Assembly: GCA_964495015.1 (NCBI GenBank)
Contig: CAZBUD010000007.1
Coordinates: 21,462-85,461 of the forward strand
From: an uncultured Enterobacteriaceae bacterium
GTDB taxonomy: Bacteria; Desulfobacterota; Binatia; Bin18
Reading direction: 5' to 3'
Length of the DNA: 64,000 nucleotides
This document shows positions 55,350 through 64,000 of this stretch, piece by piece. Position numbers and translations under genes: made by a program. Each line of letters begins with the position of its first letter. Position 1 is the stretch's first letter. Below the pieces are notes generated by a model that saw only the letters and a program-made list of their open reading frames with translations, made no database searches and had not been told where the DNA came from.

Positions 55350-57779
55350 TCAGATCTCAGGTTGCAGCGAAAATTCGAGCGTCTCACCCTGCTGGACTTC
55401 GTGGATCCGACCACCGACGCCAATTTTTGCTTTGGATTGCCGACCAGAGTCAAACGTCACGCGGATGGTCTGCCGGGTTGCGCGAATGGAGAACCAGCAC
55501 CGGCGATACTGAAAGCGGAAAGACACACCCTGCGCTAGCGCTTGTGGTAAACACGGATTAAACCAGAGAGCCTCATCTCGCATTTCCATACCCATATAGC
55601 AGCGTTGGATCAGGTCGAGCGTTCCGGCCATGACTCCGGTGTGGATACCTTCTGCCGTCGTACCTTCTTGAATATCATTAAAATCACTTTCTAACGCTTC
55701 GACAAAAAGCTGCCAGGAGAGCTGAGGATCAAGCCGTGCCAAAATCCAGGCATGCACCACCCGGCTTAGGGTCGAGCCGTGCGAAGTGCGGCGGTAGTAG
55801 TAGTTGATGTTCTTCTGAACCGTGTCCTGATCCAGGGGATAGCCAAGCCGCTGGAAGAGCTGGGCAATTTCGTCCACAGGAAGGAGATAGAACAGCATTA
55901 AGGTATCGGCTTGTTTGGCGGCCTGGTAGTGATCGACACTTTCTCCTTCGGCTTCAAGGATACGGTCGAGCCGGTAAATATTCTCGTATTTGTGTTGATA
56001 CCCGTCCCAATCGAACTCGCGCAGCGTTTCAAAACCTTCAAACTGACTGATGATGCCATCAGCCTGGAAAACGACCCGCATCTTGCGCGTGATGTCCTTC
56101 CAGTGCGCACAGTCATCCTGGCTCATGTCGAGTTGAGCCTGGAGGGCCTCGGCCTTGTCTGAAGGTAAAAGATCCAGAACGTCGAGTGCACGCTGGAGAG
56201 TCCAGACCGTCATGACATTCGTGTAGGCGTTATTATTAAGTCCGGGCTTGTCCATATCCGGGTAGTGTTCATGATATTCGTCCGGGCCCATCACGCCGAG
56301 GATCTCGTATCGTCCAAGGTCTTGATTATAGATCGTCAGACTGGCACAAAAGCGTGCAATCTCGAGGAACATTTCCGCACCGTAGTCGGTCAAAAACTCC
56401 TGATCACAAGTGGCTTGGTAGTACTGCCAAATATTGTACGCAATAGCGATGCTGATATGTCGCTGCAACGAGCTGTGGTCAGGAATCCAGCGTCCAGAAC
56501 TCGGGTTAAGATGGACCACCTGGCTTTCTTCACGCCCATCGCTGCTGCTTTGCCATGGATACATCGCGCCTTGATACCCAGACTGACGGGCGGCCCGTCG
56601 AGCTTGCGGCAGGCGTCGGTAGCGGTAGAGCAACAGACTACGGGTCAGCGCAGGTGTACGTGGGGTGAAAAAAGGGAGGATGAACAGTTCATCCCAAAAG
56701 ATGTGTCCACGATAGGCCTCGCCGTGCAGGCCGCGGGCGGGAATGCTCACATCAAGGCCCAGCGTATGGGAAGACGCCGTTTGGAGTAGGTGGAATGCAT
56801 GGAGCCGAAGTAGAAGCTGGATTCTCGGTCTGCCCTCTACAACTATGTCATAGGTCTTCCAGAGTTCCAGCCAGGCGCGGGTGTGGTAGTCTAACAACGT
56901 GGGGAAACGGCTCGCCTGACCCATGGTCTGTTTGGCGGTAGCGCTGCATTCCGTAATCTCCGGATCCCGCGAAGTAAACAGCGTCACAACCTTTTCGATC
57001 GTGACCGCTTGCCCGGATTCGACTTCGAGAGACAGCTCTTGGGCGATATGGCCGGGCTCCTCTCGCGTCTGCCTGTCGGGGGAGACTGGCTCGTTGTGCT
57101 GAAAGACCTGGGTACGTGCCGCTTGGGCAACGAGCAGCTGGGACTGGTTTGTCTTGACGAGAAGCGCGATTCCGTCTTCGCCCACAATCTCAGTTTCTAG
57201 CGGCACAAGGTGCTGGCTGTTTAGTTGTTGGTAGCGTTTGACCCCGGCATTGATGATGCGTCCGTCCAGTGCCGTACGAATCTGCATCGGTCCAGACCAG
57301 TTCCGTGCCGTTAGCGTCATTTCTATACTGGCTAGGTGTGGATCTGCCATGCTGACCAGGCGGCGACTGCTTATCGTTGTTTCCCGTCCTTGGTGATCGC
57401 GCACGTAAAAAGTACGCACAAGGATGCCGTGCTGGAGGTTAAGCTGACGCTCATAACTCAGCAGTTCATAGTTGGCTGGACTGAACCACTCGCCGTCTTC
57501 CGGTCGAAAGGACAGGCACAGCCAGTTCGGCATGTTGACAAAGTCTTCGCTTTCAATGCTACGCCCGGCGATCTCGGTTTTCAGACGATTGTAGCCTCCG
57601 GCGAGATAGGTGCCGGGATAGTGGGTTGCGTCTGCCTGTGCCTCTTCTGCCGCTCCGCGGGTGGCGAAATACCCATTGCCGAGGGTGCACAGCGCTTCAC
57701 GCAGGCGTTCTTGTTCTGGATCGAAGCCACCAAAACACACAACCCAATCAGCCCCAGTCGTGCCAGCCATGTCCGTCAT
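55350..57779 (-). CDS. Glycoside hydrolase family 65 protein (disaccharide phosphorylase: kojibiose/trehalose/maltose type)
   Basis: 809 aa with N-terminal LGNGYFATRG.., a central (alpha/alpha)6 domain and ..GIHTGVMAGT... Confidence 0.9.
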   Translation of the reverse strand: MTDMAGTTGADWVVCFGGFDPEQERLREALCTLGNGYFATRGAAEEAQADATHYPGTYLAGGYNRLKTEIAGRSIESEDFVNMPNWLCLSFRPEDGEWFSPANYELLSYERQLNLQHGILVRTFYVRDHQGRETTISSRRLVSMADPHLASIEMTLTARNWSGPMQIRTALDGRIINAGVKRYQQLNSQHLVPLETEIVGEDGIALLVKTNQSQLLVAQAARTQVFQHNEPVSPDRQTREEPGHIAQELSLEVESGQAVTIEKVVTLFTSRDPEITECSATAKQTMGQASRFPTLLDYHTRAWLELWKTYDIVVEGRPRIQLLLRLHAFHLLQTASSHTLGLDVSIPARGLHGEAYRGHIFWDELFILPFFTPRTPALTRSLLLYRYRRLPQARRAARQSGYQGAMYPWQSSSDGREESQVVHLNPSSGRWIPDHSSLQRHISIAIAYNIWQYYQATCDQEFLTDYGAEMFLEIARFCASLTIYNQDLGRYEILGVMGPDEYHEHYPDMDKPGLNNNAYTNVMTVWTLQRALDVLDLLPSDKAEALQAQLDMSQDDCAHWKDITRKMRVVFQADGIISQFEGFETLREFDWDGYQHKYENIYRLDRILEAEGESVDHYQAAKQADTLMLFYLLPVDEIAQLFQRLGYPLDQDTVQKNINYYYRRTSHGSTLSRVVHAWILARLDPQLSWQLFVEALESDFNDIQEGTTAEGIHTGVMAGTLDLIQRCYMGMEMRDEALWFNPCLPQALAQGVSFRFQYRRCWFSIRATRQTIRVTFDSGRQSKAKIGVGGRIHEVQQGETLEFSLQPEI

Positions 57780-57785
57780 GATGGT

Positions 57786-59357
57786 CTAAGCGGAGAGAGA
57801 AGCGGTAAGCCCTCGGAGAAAAGTTTGCACTTGAGCGGTATCCTGAACGACATAGCGCGCGGCTGAACGTCGGGCAGTCTCGGCAACGACAATCGTGATG
57901 CCGCCCTCAGCCAGCGCACGAAAGGCATCTTCATCGGTGACATCGTCCCCAATATAGAGAGGTAAGACATCCGTAGTATTGAGCCCGAGCGCGTCAAGTA
58001 GCCAGAGGACGGCTTTACCTTTATGCCAGTCGATCCGGGGCTGTAACTCGAATACCTTTTTCCCCCAGCCTTTGCGGAGCTGAGACTGGGCCACAAGGAC
58101 GGCATCCACAACAGATTCAATCTGTTCTGTATGCTGAGGCGCAACATTGCGAAAATGGACAGCAATTGAGAATTTTTTGCGCTCAATAAAAGCAGCGGGA
58201 ATCATCTTCAGTTTTTGCTGGAGCAAGACTTCTGCCTGATCGAGTATGGGCAGAAAGGATCCTCCCTGCTGGTGCTGCATTTGGAGTGCCTCAGGGCCTG
58301 AGATGTCAAACCCATGACTCCCGGCATAAAATACCGTGTCGAGCTGAACGAGGCTACGGACATCAGCTCGATCCCGCCCGCTGACGATGGCGACCGGGCA
58401 GCGTGCGGCCAGCGCCGCGACTGTCTCCCGCATCCCTTCGGACAACGTTGCCAGAGCTGGCCGACTTACTATTGGTGTGAGGGTGCCGTCGTAATCCAAA
58501 AAGACGACGGGCCGTTGCGCTTTGAGGCGCTGGAAAAGTGCTGTATCGCGGTCGAGTGCCGAGGGAAGGTTCAGCACATTCCGGGTGCGCGGGATCTCGG
58601 GGCTAGTGCCAACGCCAATCTCTTCAAGGTCGGTCACGACTACGTCTGCGCCATTCTGTTCGAGGGCGGTATGGTTGCCCTGGCGAGCGACGCCGAGCAC
58701 CAGGCCAAAGCCTCCTCTATGGCCGGCCTCAACTCCCGAATTGGCATCTTCGACAATGGCGGCGCGTTCCGGTTTGACGCCAAGCCGTCTTGCGGCTTCG
58801 AGATAGGTGTCTGGGGCGGGTTTGCCAGGCAGCTTGAGCCTCGCACACTCCACGCCGTCAACACGGGTATCAAACAGGGGTGCGATCTCAGCCTGTTCTA
58901 AGACGATGCGACAATTTTTACTCGACGAGACAATGGCGATTTTGATACTGTGTTGCCGCAGAGCTTTGATCAGCACGATAGTCGAGCTAAAGACTTCGAT
59001 GCCGGTATCAGTCAGGCATTCAAGAAAGGCGGCATTCTTTTTATTCCCCAGTCCGCAAATCGTCTCTTCCTCAACGCTATCCTCTGGATCACCGTAGGGA
59101 AGAGCGATATCGCGTGCAGCCAGAAAACTGGCCACTCCATCGTAGCGCTGCTTTCCATCCACATACTGCAAGTAGTCTGCCTCAGCATCGAACGGGGTGA
59201 AGGGGGTTTTGTTCTGCTGTGTCCGTCGTGCCAGAAAATCGTCAAAGAGCGTTTTCCAAGCAATCGCATGTAATTTCTCTGTCTGCGTCACAACGCCATC
59301 GAGATCAAACAGCACGGCGTCAAAGTCTACGATTGAAAGCGTAAAATGTAGCGACAT
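57786..59357 (-). CDS. Fusion of a beta-phosphoglucomutase-like HAD domain and a trehalose-phosphatase (OtsB-like) domain
   Basis: N-terminal FDAVLFDLDGVVTQTEKLH (beta-PGM type). The C-terminal half has VVFLDYDGTLTPIV...AIVSGR...GSHG...YIGDDVTDEDAF (T6PP type). Confidence 0.85.
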   Translation of the reverse strand: MSLHFTLSIVDFDAVLFDLDGVVTQTEKLHAIAWKTLFDDFLARRTQQNKTPFTPFDAEADYLQYVDGKQRYDGVASFLAARDIALPYGDPEDSVEEETICGLGNKKNAAFLECLTDTGIEVFSSTIVLIKALRQHSIKIAIVSSSKNCRIVLEQAEIAPLFDTRVDGVECARLKLPGKPAPDTYLEAARRLGVKPERAAIVEDANSGVEAGHRGGFGLVLGVARQGNHTALEQNGADVVVTDLEEIGVGTSPEIPRTRNVLNLPSALDRDTALFQRLKAQRPVVFLDYDGTLTPIVSRPALATLSEGMRETVAALAARCPVAIVSGRDRADVRSLVQLDTVFYAGSHGFDISGPEALQMQHQQGGSFLPILDQAEVLLQQKLKMIPAAFIERKKFSIAVHFRNVAPQHTEQIESVVDAVLVAQSQLRKGWGKKVFELQPRIDWHKGKAVLWLLDALGLNTTDVLPLYIGDDVTDEDAFRALAEGGITIVVAETARRSAARYVVQDTAQVQTFLRGLTASLSA

Positions 59358-59447
59358 CTGTAATAGCTGATGAAAGCGGCTTAGCCGTCACCATGAGTTA
59401 TGTGTGTACAGGCAATGGCGCGCATGAATGACACACGCGAACCCTGG

Positions 59448-60104
59448 TTAGGAAGCGGCGGGCGCTGCTGAGAGCTGCCTCAGTTTTGCCTGTAGCTTCT
59501 GAACCAGTTCTTCGTAAGAAGTCTTGCCGATAATGCGGTAAAACTGCGTCCGAAAGTTGCGAATCATGCTGACGTTCTCTATGACTACGTCATAAATAAG
59601 CCAGCCTGCGTCGCCTTTGAGAAAGCGATAGTTGATCGAGAAATACTTATTCAGGGCAGGGTTGTGAATACGCGTATTCACTTCAGCGAAATTGTCATCG
59701 ATTGTCTCGCGATCATAAAAAAACTCGACCTGATCCTGATATTTCTGGTAGAGCTTGTCGAACGTTTCGCCGTACGATTTTTCGACCAAACTTGTAAAGA
59801 GAAAGATGAATTCTTCTCGCTGCTGCTCAGTTCGCTCCTGCCAATACACCCCTAGAGTGCGCTTCGCGACCTCCCGCCTATTGAACCTAGGCCGGACAAC
59901 CGCGCTCACTTGCTCGAGACGCTTGGCACGCAGGTCAGGGCCCTGATTGGCTGGATCCTTGAAAATCTGGATCACTTGATCAACGGTTGAACGCACTGTC
60001 TCCAGAGGTGAATTCGCTGTCTGGCCTGTCCGTGCAAGCACCAGCAATAAAGTTAGGAAAAACGCGCCCAGCGTTGTCAGTAAGAAAACAGGGCGCTGCT
60101 TCAT
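59448..60104 (-). CDS. mlaC: Phospholipid-binding periplasmic protein MlaC (Ttg2D family)
   Basis: Signal peptide and the Ttg2D-like pattern (..RRTLGVYWQ.....Q..EF...F..L). Confidence 0.85.
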   Translation of the reverse strand: MKQRPVFLLTTLGAFFLTLLLVLARTGQTANSPLETVRSTVDQVIQIFKDPANQGPDLRAKRLEQVSAVVRPRFNRREVAKRTLGVYWQERTEQQREEFIFLFTSLVEKSYGETFDKLYQKYQDQVEFFYDRETIDDNFAEVNTRIHNPALNKYFSINYRFLKGDAGWLIYDVVIENVSMIRNFRTQFYRIIGKTSYEELVQKLQAKLRQLSAAPAAS

Positions 60105-60146
60105 GAACTGATCCTACCCCTGTCCAATTGCTGTCCTTGTCCCATC

Positions 60147-60893
60147 CTATTTCTGCAGCGTTTCTTGAATGACTTGTTCGCGTTGCTGCAGGTAGCCGTC
60201 TTGGACCGCACCATAGAGATCAAGCGAAATCCGATCGACGCTTTCGAATAATTCCAGATTGAGCGAACGGGCATTGATGGTGCTGCCCGCGACCCAGCCA
60301 CCACGCGCGGCAATGAGCTCTGGAAAGGTCGGCAGGAAGTAGTTCATAGGTTGCATGGCGCCATCGACGCCAAAGCCCACGGCATCGCGGACTGTTGAAG
60401 GACCGAAAAAGGGGAGAACGAGGTACGGGCCTGACGACACGCCGTATTGGGCCAAGGTTTGTCCGAAGTCTGCATGGCTTGCCTCGAGTCCGAGCCAACT
60501 GTCGGCGACATCGAAAAATCCCAGGCCACCGATCGTCGTATTAATTAAGAAACGACTCAGCTCTTTCCCCGCGCCAATGGGCTTCATTTGGAGGAGCTTA
60601 TTGCCCAAGCGCGGGGCAATATTGATATTATCAAAAAAACGGCCGATCCTTTGGCGCACCCCAGTTGGGAGAACGGTGGCATATCCGGTTGCGACCGGAC
60701 GGAGAACATATTCGTCCAGCTTCAGGTTGAAGCTGAACATAGCCTGGTTAAATGGCTCAAATGGGTCAGAGATAGGTACAGAAGCAGCCGCGTCAAGCGC
60801 GAGACCCCCCACCTGGGCGTTAGCCACAGCAAGGGTGAGTCCAACCTGAAGCGTTGCTAACAGACTTATCGCCAGCACCAGTTTTCTCGGCAT
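60147..60893 (-). CDS. mlaA: MlaA/VacJ family lipoprotein
   Basis: DPFEPFNQAMFSFN..LD..VLRPVA.GY...P. ATG at 60893 follows GAGGGGGTGG. The maximal ORF extends to 61046. Confidence 0.85.
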   Translation of the reverse strand: MPRKLVLAISLLATLQVGLTLAVANAQVGGLALDAAASVPISDPFEPFNQAMFSFNLKLDEYVLRPVATGYATVLPTGVRQRIGRFFDNINIAPRLGNKLLQMKPIGAGKELSRFLINTTIGGLGFFDVADSWLGLEASHADFGQTLAQYGVSSGPYLVLPFFGPSTVRDAVGFGVDGAMQPMNYFLPTFPELIAARGGWVAGSTINARSLNLELFESVDRISLDLYGAVQDGYLQQREQVIQETLQK

Positions 60894-61115
60894 GTTCCAC
60901 CCCCTCATCGTGAGTACGGTAGCTCCTCTTAACGAATCGGTACTCGTTTCCTCCGCGCTGAACACTCGCTCGACATCCGCCGTGTCAATATCTCTATCCT
61001 CAGTATGCTCCAGTGCGTCCAGTATATGCCAGCGTATCCAGCACATCTTGGAACATCACGTCCTCACATCTATCATATCCATCATAATTCTGCCCTTCGC
61101 CGCTTTGCCGTGATG

Positions 61116-61616
61116 CTAATCTAGGTCAAGCGAAAAGGGATCCGCACTATCCGCTGGCGTCTTCTCCGATGCTGTTGTATCTCCCACGTTACCGAAGATA
61201 AATTCTCCTAATAACTGCTGAATGTCGACCGACTCTTCGGTCTTGTCAATAGTCCCTCCCGGCGGCAGGACGGTCGAGGAGTGGCCTGGGGTAATTCTCA
61301 CATAACGTTCGCCTATCAGCCCCTTCGTTTTGATCGCGGCCTGTGCATCTTCTTGCAGCGGGATATCGCCTCGAATTTTGAGGGTGACGCGCGCTTTATA
61401 GTCGGCCAGGGTCACGGTTTCGACCCGTCCGATCTCCACTCCGGCCAGCTCGATGACTGCCCCGTCTTGCAGACCGCCAGCGTTTATAAAGTCTGCATAC
61501 ACGGGATAACTTCCCGAGCCAAGTTGGATTTGTCCTAACTGGATCGATATATAGCCGAGACCAGCTACAATCCCAAGCAACAGCACTCCGACTAATAGTT
61601 CTCCATCAATTTTCAT
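61116..61616 (-). CDS. mlaD: MCE-domain protein MlaD
   Basis: N-terminal TM then an MCE domain (YPVYADFINAGGLQDGAVIELAGVEIGRV). ATG at 61616. The maximal ORF is an out-of-frame extension into mlaF. Confidence 0.85.
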   Translation of the reverse strand: MKIDGELLVGVLLLGIVAGLGYISIQLGQIQLGSGSYPVYADFINAGGLQDGAVIELAGVEIGRVETVTLADYKARVTLKIRGDIPLQEDAQAAIKTKGLIGERYVRITPGHSSTVLPPGGTIDKTEESVDIQQLLGEFIFGNVGDTTASEKTPADSADPFSLDLD

Positions 61617-61623
61617 ATGCGCT

Positions 61624-62370
61624 TTAGGACACCTCAATCGGGCCTTCGATCTGACCGTGAATGAACTGCTGGACGACCGGATTGTTTGACGCCTGGATGT
61701 CCGCCGGTGAGCCAGACTCGATGATGACGCCTTGGTGCAACATAGCGAGGTGGGTGGCGAGAGAAAAGACCTCCGGAATCTCATGACTGACGATAACCGC
61801 AGTGAAGCCCAGCATGTGATGCAAGTCGAGAATGAGCTGGTGAATGGCATTCACACGAATGGGGTCAAGACCTGTCGTTGGTTCATCAAAGAGCAGGATT
61901 TCAGGGTCGGAAACAAGCGCCCGGGCCAAGGCCGCACGTTTTTGCATCCCACCGGACAGCTCGGACGGAAATTTGTTATCCACACCGGCTAATCCGACCT
62001 GTGCGAGCCGCTCGTGAACTTTCGCTCGGATTTCCGCGTCACTTTTGTGTGTCTTCTCTCGCAGGGGAAAGGCCATATTGTCGTACACAGACATCGAGTC
62101 GAAGAGTGCGCCTCCCTGGAAGAGCATGCCGAATCGATTGCGAATACGATTGAGGGCCCGCCGTCCGAGGGCGGTAATCTCTACATCATCCACCCAGACC
62201 TGGCCGTTATCTGGACGCATCAAGCCAATCAGATGTTTGAGCAGGCAGCTTTTCCCCACTCCGCTGCCGCCAACAATAACGTAGATCGCGTGATCCGGGA
62301 TCTCTAGGTTGACTCCGGTCAGAACGTTTTGTCTCCCAAAAGACTTATGTAAATTGACAACGCGAATCAT
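61624..62370 (-). CDS. mlaF: ABC transporter ATP-binding protein MlaF
   Basis: Walker A GGSGVGKS, signature LSGGMQKR, Walker B LLFDEPT. Confidence 0.95.
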   Translation of the reverse strand: MIRVVNLHKSFGRQNVLTGVNLEIPDHAIYVIVGGSGVGKSCLLKHLIGLMRPDNGQVWVDDVEITALGRRALNRIRNRFGMLFQGGALFDSMSVYDNMAFPLREKTHKSDAEIRAKVHERLAQVGLAGVDNKFPSELSGGMQKRAALARALVSDPEILLFDEPTTGLDPIRVNAIHQLILDLHHMLGFTAVIVSHEIPEVFSLATHLAMLHQGVIIESGSPADIQASNNPVVQQFIHGQIEGPIEVS

Positions 62371-62373
62371 ACG

Positions 62374-63144
62374 CTAAATGAGAATGGATCCAATAAAATA
62401 ATCCCAGACCAAGATCAATACGGCACACATTACAACAGCCTGAGTGGTCGCTTGGCTGACTCCTTCTGCGCCGCGATCAGCGTAAAAGCCTTTAAAGCAG
62501 CTTACCCAGGCAACAATCGCCCCAAAAGCGAGTGATTTATAGACACCCATCCAGATATCGTCAGAACCTGCTGCACTGCTCATTTGGGTAAAATACGCAC
62601 CCGAACTGCCACCGAGCAGTTTGACTCCAACCATATAACCGCCATAAATACCAACAGTCACAAAGACGCCATTTAAGAGGGGAAAGGCAATCAGTGCAGC
62701 CAGAAAAATCGGGACAACCAGATATTTGATGGGATTGAGAGCCATAACTTCTAGAGCGTCAATCTGCTCGGTAATCCGCATAATGCCGAGCTCAGCAGTC
62801 AGCGCCGAGCCTGCTCGGGCGGTAATCATCAATGCTGACAGGACAGGTCCCAGCTCGCGAATCAGGCTCAAACCCACCATGGGGCCGAGTGCTTCCTCCC
62901 CTCCAAAACGGCGCAGCGCGACATACCCCTGGAGCGCGATTACCATGCCGGTAAAGGCACCGGTAAAGATGATCAAGAGCAGCGAGCGACTTCCGATGAA
63001 AGAAATACGGCGGATAAGCTGTTTTGCCTGAAGCGGCGGGACGAAGATGTCGAGTAGCACTGTCCCGAGGAAAATCCCCATGCGGCCCGTTTCGTGAAGC
63101 GTATTCAGTGTGTGGCGTCCACACCAGCGTACAAAACTGAGCAC
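62374..63144 (-). CDS. mlaE: ABC transporter permease MlaE
   Basis: 256-aa polytopic protein with the MlaE-family pattern (..ELGPVLSALMITARAGSALTAELG.M...EQIDAL). Confidence 0.95.
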   Translation of the reverse strand: MLSFVRWCGRHTLNTLHETGRMGIFLGTVLLDIFVPPLQAKQLIRRISFIGSRSLLLIIFTGAFTGMVIALQGYVALRRFGGEEALGPMVGLSLIRELGPVLSALMITARAGSALTAELGIMRITEQIDALEVMALNPIKYLVVPIFLAALIAFPLLNGVFVTVGIYGGYMVGVKLLGGSSGAYFTQMSSAAGSDDIWMGVYKSLAFGAIVAWVSCFKGFYADRGAEGVSQATTQAVVMCAVLILVWDYFIGSILI

Positions 63145-63312
63145 CGCTTTTCCTTCTTTTTTTTACAGTAAGCGGAGTGAGACCATTGTCTGCTCTGGGC
63201 AGGGTCTGCTGGGGTTGCGTTTTGATTTAATTCTCTCTAACAGTGGCGAATCACCTACCATAGGCGCAATGCTTACTCAAGGGAGCAGGTGCACTAGGGT
63301 GAGGAAAAAGGC

Positions 63313-63358
63313 CAGGATTCTGCTTGTTGCACTCTCAGGATTCTGCTTGTTGCACTCT
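63313..63358. repeat. Perfect 23-bp tandem direct duplication (CAGGATTCTGCTTGTTGCACTCT x2)
   Basis: Read directly from the sequence. It lies in the divergent intergenic region between mlaE and the DHH gene, 53 nt upstream of the ATG at 63411. Confidence 0.9.
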
Positions 63359-63410
63359 ATGGAGCGAGGAGTACGATTCCTTCATTTTTTACACCACGTG
63401 GAGAAAAACT

Positions 63411-64000
63411 ATGGCAAACACGGCTCAATTCGCAGCAGTGGAAGAACCCGCGCTACGGGTTATTGAAACCGAAACCGTTCTCGAAGAAGATCCCCCAAAA
63501 AAACAGTGGAAAAAGCTTCGCGAGGTACTCGCACGTCATCGCGGGGAGAAGATTCTCTTGGTCCTGGTGGGGTATCCTGACCCTGACAATATTGCCTCCG
63601 GTCTCGCCCATCAGTTTTTGGCTAAAGAATTCGATATTGAAGCAACACTGCTGTGTTTTCACGAGGTTAGCCATCAGGAGAACCGTGCCCTAGTGAAGCG
63701 GCTTGAGATCGACCTGCAACTGTATGACGAGAAGTTCGACCTTGAGCCCTACACAGCCTTTGCCCTGGTTGATACCCAAAACCCGGAAACTCCCATCGCA
63801 GATAAGCTTGAAGGCAAAACCCTGCTCTCTTTTGTCGACCACCATCGGCGTCTCGGAGATGTCCAAGCCGAATTTGTTGATATCCGAGAAGATGCCGCAT
63901 CCACCTGTGCGATTTACACGGAATATTTGCGTACCCAATATCCCACTGGCCTCAACCCTGGGGAGACTGACCAAGTCCGGCTAGCCACAGCCCTGATGCA
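63411..64000 (+). CDS. DHH-family phosphoesterase (NrnA/bifunctional oligoribonuclease-PAP phosphatase-like), 3'-truncated by the window edge
   Basis: Open frame from ATG 63411 to the window end, absent from the ORF track because it has no stop. Motifs GYPDPDNIASGLA, ALVDTQN and FVDHHR (DHH). Confidence 0.75.
   Translation, partial: MANTAQFAAVEEPALRVIETETVLEEDPPKKQWKKLREVLARHRGEKILLVLVGYPDPDNIASGLAHQFLAKEFDIEATLLCFHEVSHQENRALVKRLEIDLQLYDEKFDLEPYTAFALVDTQNPETPIADKLEGKTLLSFVDHHRRLGDVQAEFVDIREDAASTCAIYTEYLRTQYPTGLNPGETDQVRLATALM

Overview
The window looks like chromosomal DNA from an aerobic, diderm (Gram-negative-type) bacterium with a GC content in the mid-50s by eye. Housekeeping blocks are yajC-secD-secF-recJ (1-4.5 kb), a 10-gene aa3-type cytochrome c oxidase and heme A biogenesis operon (32.3-39.7 kb, minus strand), hisG, lpxD, asmA, pyk, and a complete Mla lipid-transport locus mlaEFD-mlaA-mlaC (59.4-63.1 kb). 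Between them lie long runs of accessory catabolic paralogs: three acyl-CoA dehydrogenases, two luciferase-like monooxygenases, cupins, VOC, SDR, FAH, amidohydrolase, alpha/beta hydrolases and a desaturase. There is also one tRNA-Arg(CCG) and several repeat-domain proteins (LRR, pentapeptide, ankyrin, HEAT, BNR). I found no CRISPR array, integrase, transposase or prophage. The main second-look items are: (1) a free-standing archaeal-type ThrRS editing-domain/DTD2-like gene inside a tight six-gene string; (2) four genes broken by an in-frame TAG or a frameshift, two of them at A/T homopolymers, plus truncated remnants; (3) two copies of a GTCATTCTGA-terminated palindromic MITE/REP-like element; (4) an orphan Type III Mod-like DNA methyltransferase; (5) a split OtsB1-like GH65 plus beta-PGM/trehalose-phosphatase pair; (6) unusual features of the oxidase operon; (7) a perfect 23-bp tandem duplication in a promoter region. 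All homology calls come from reading the translations by eye. No database searches were run.
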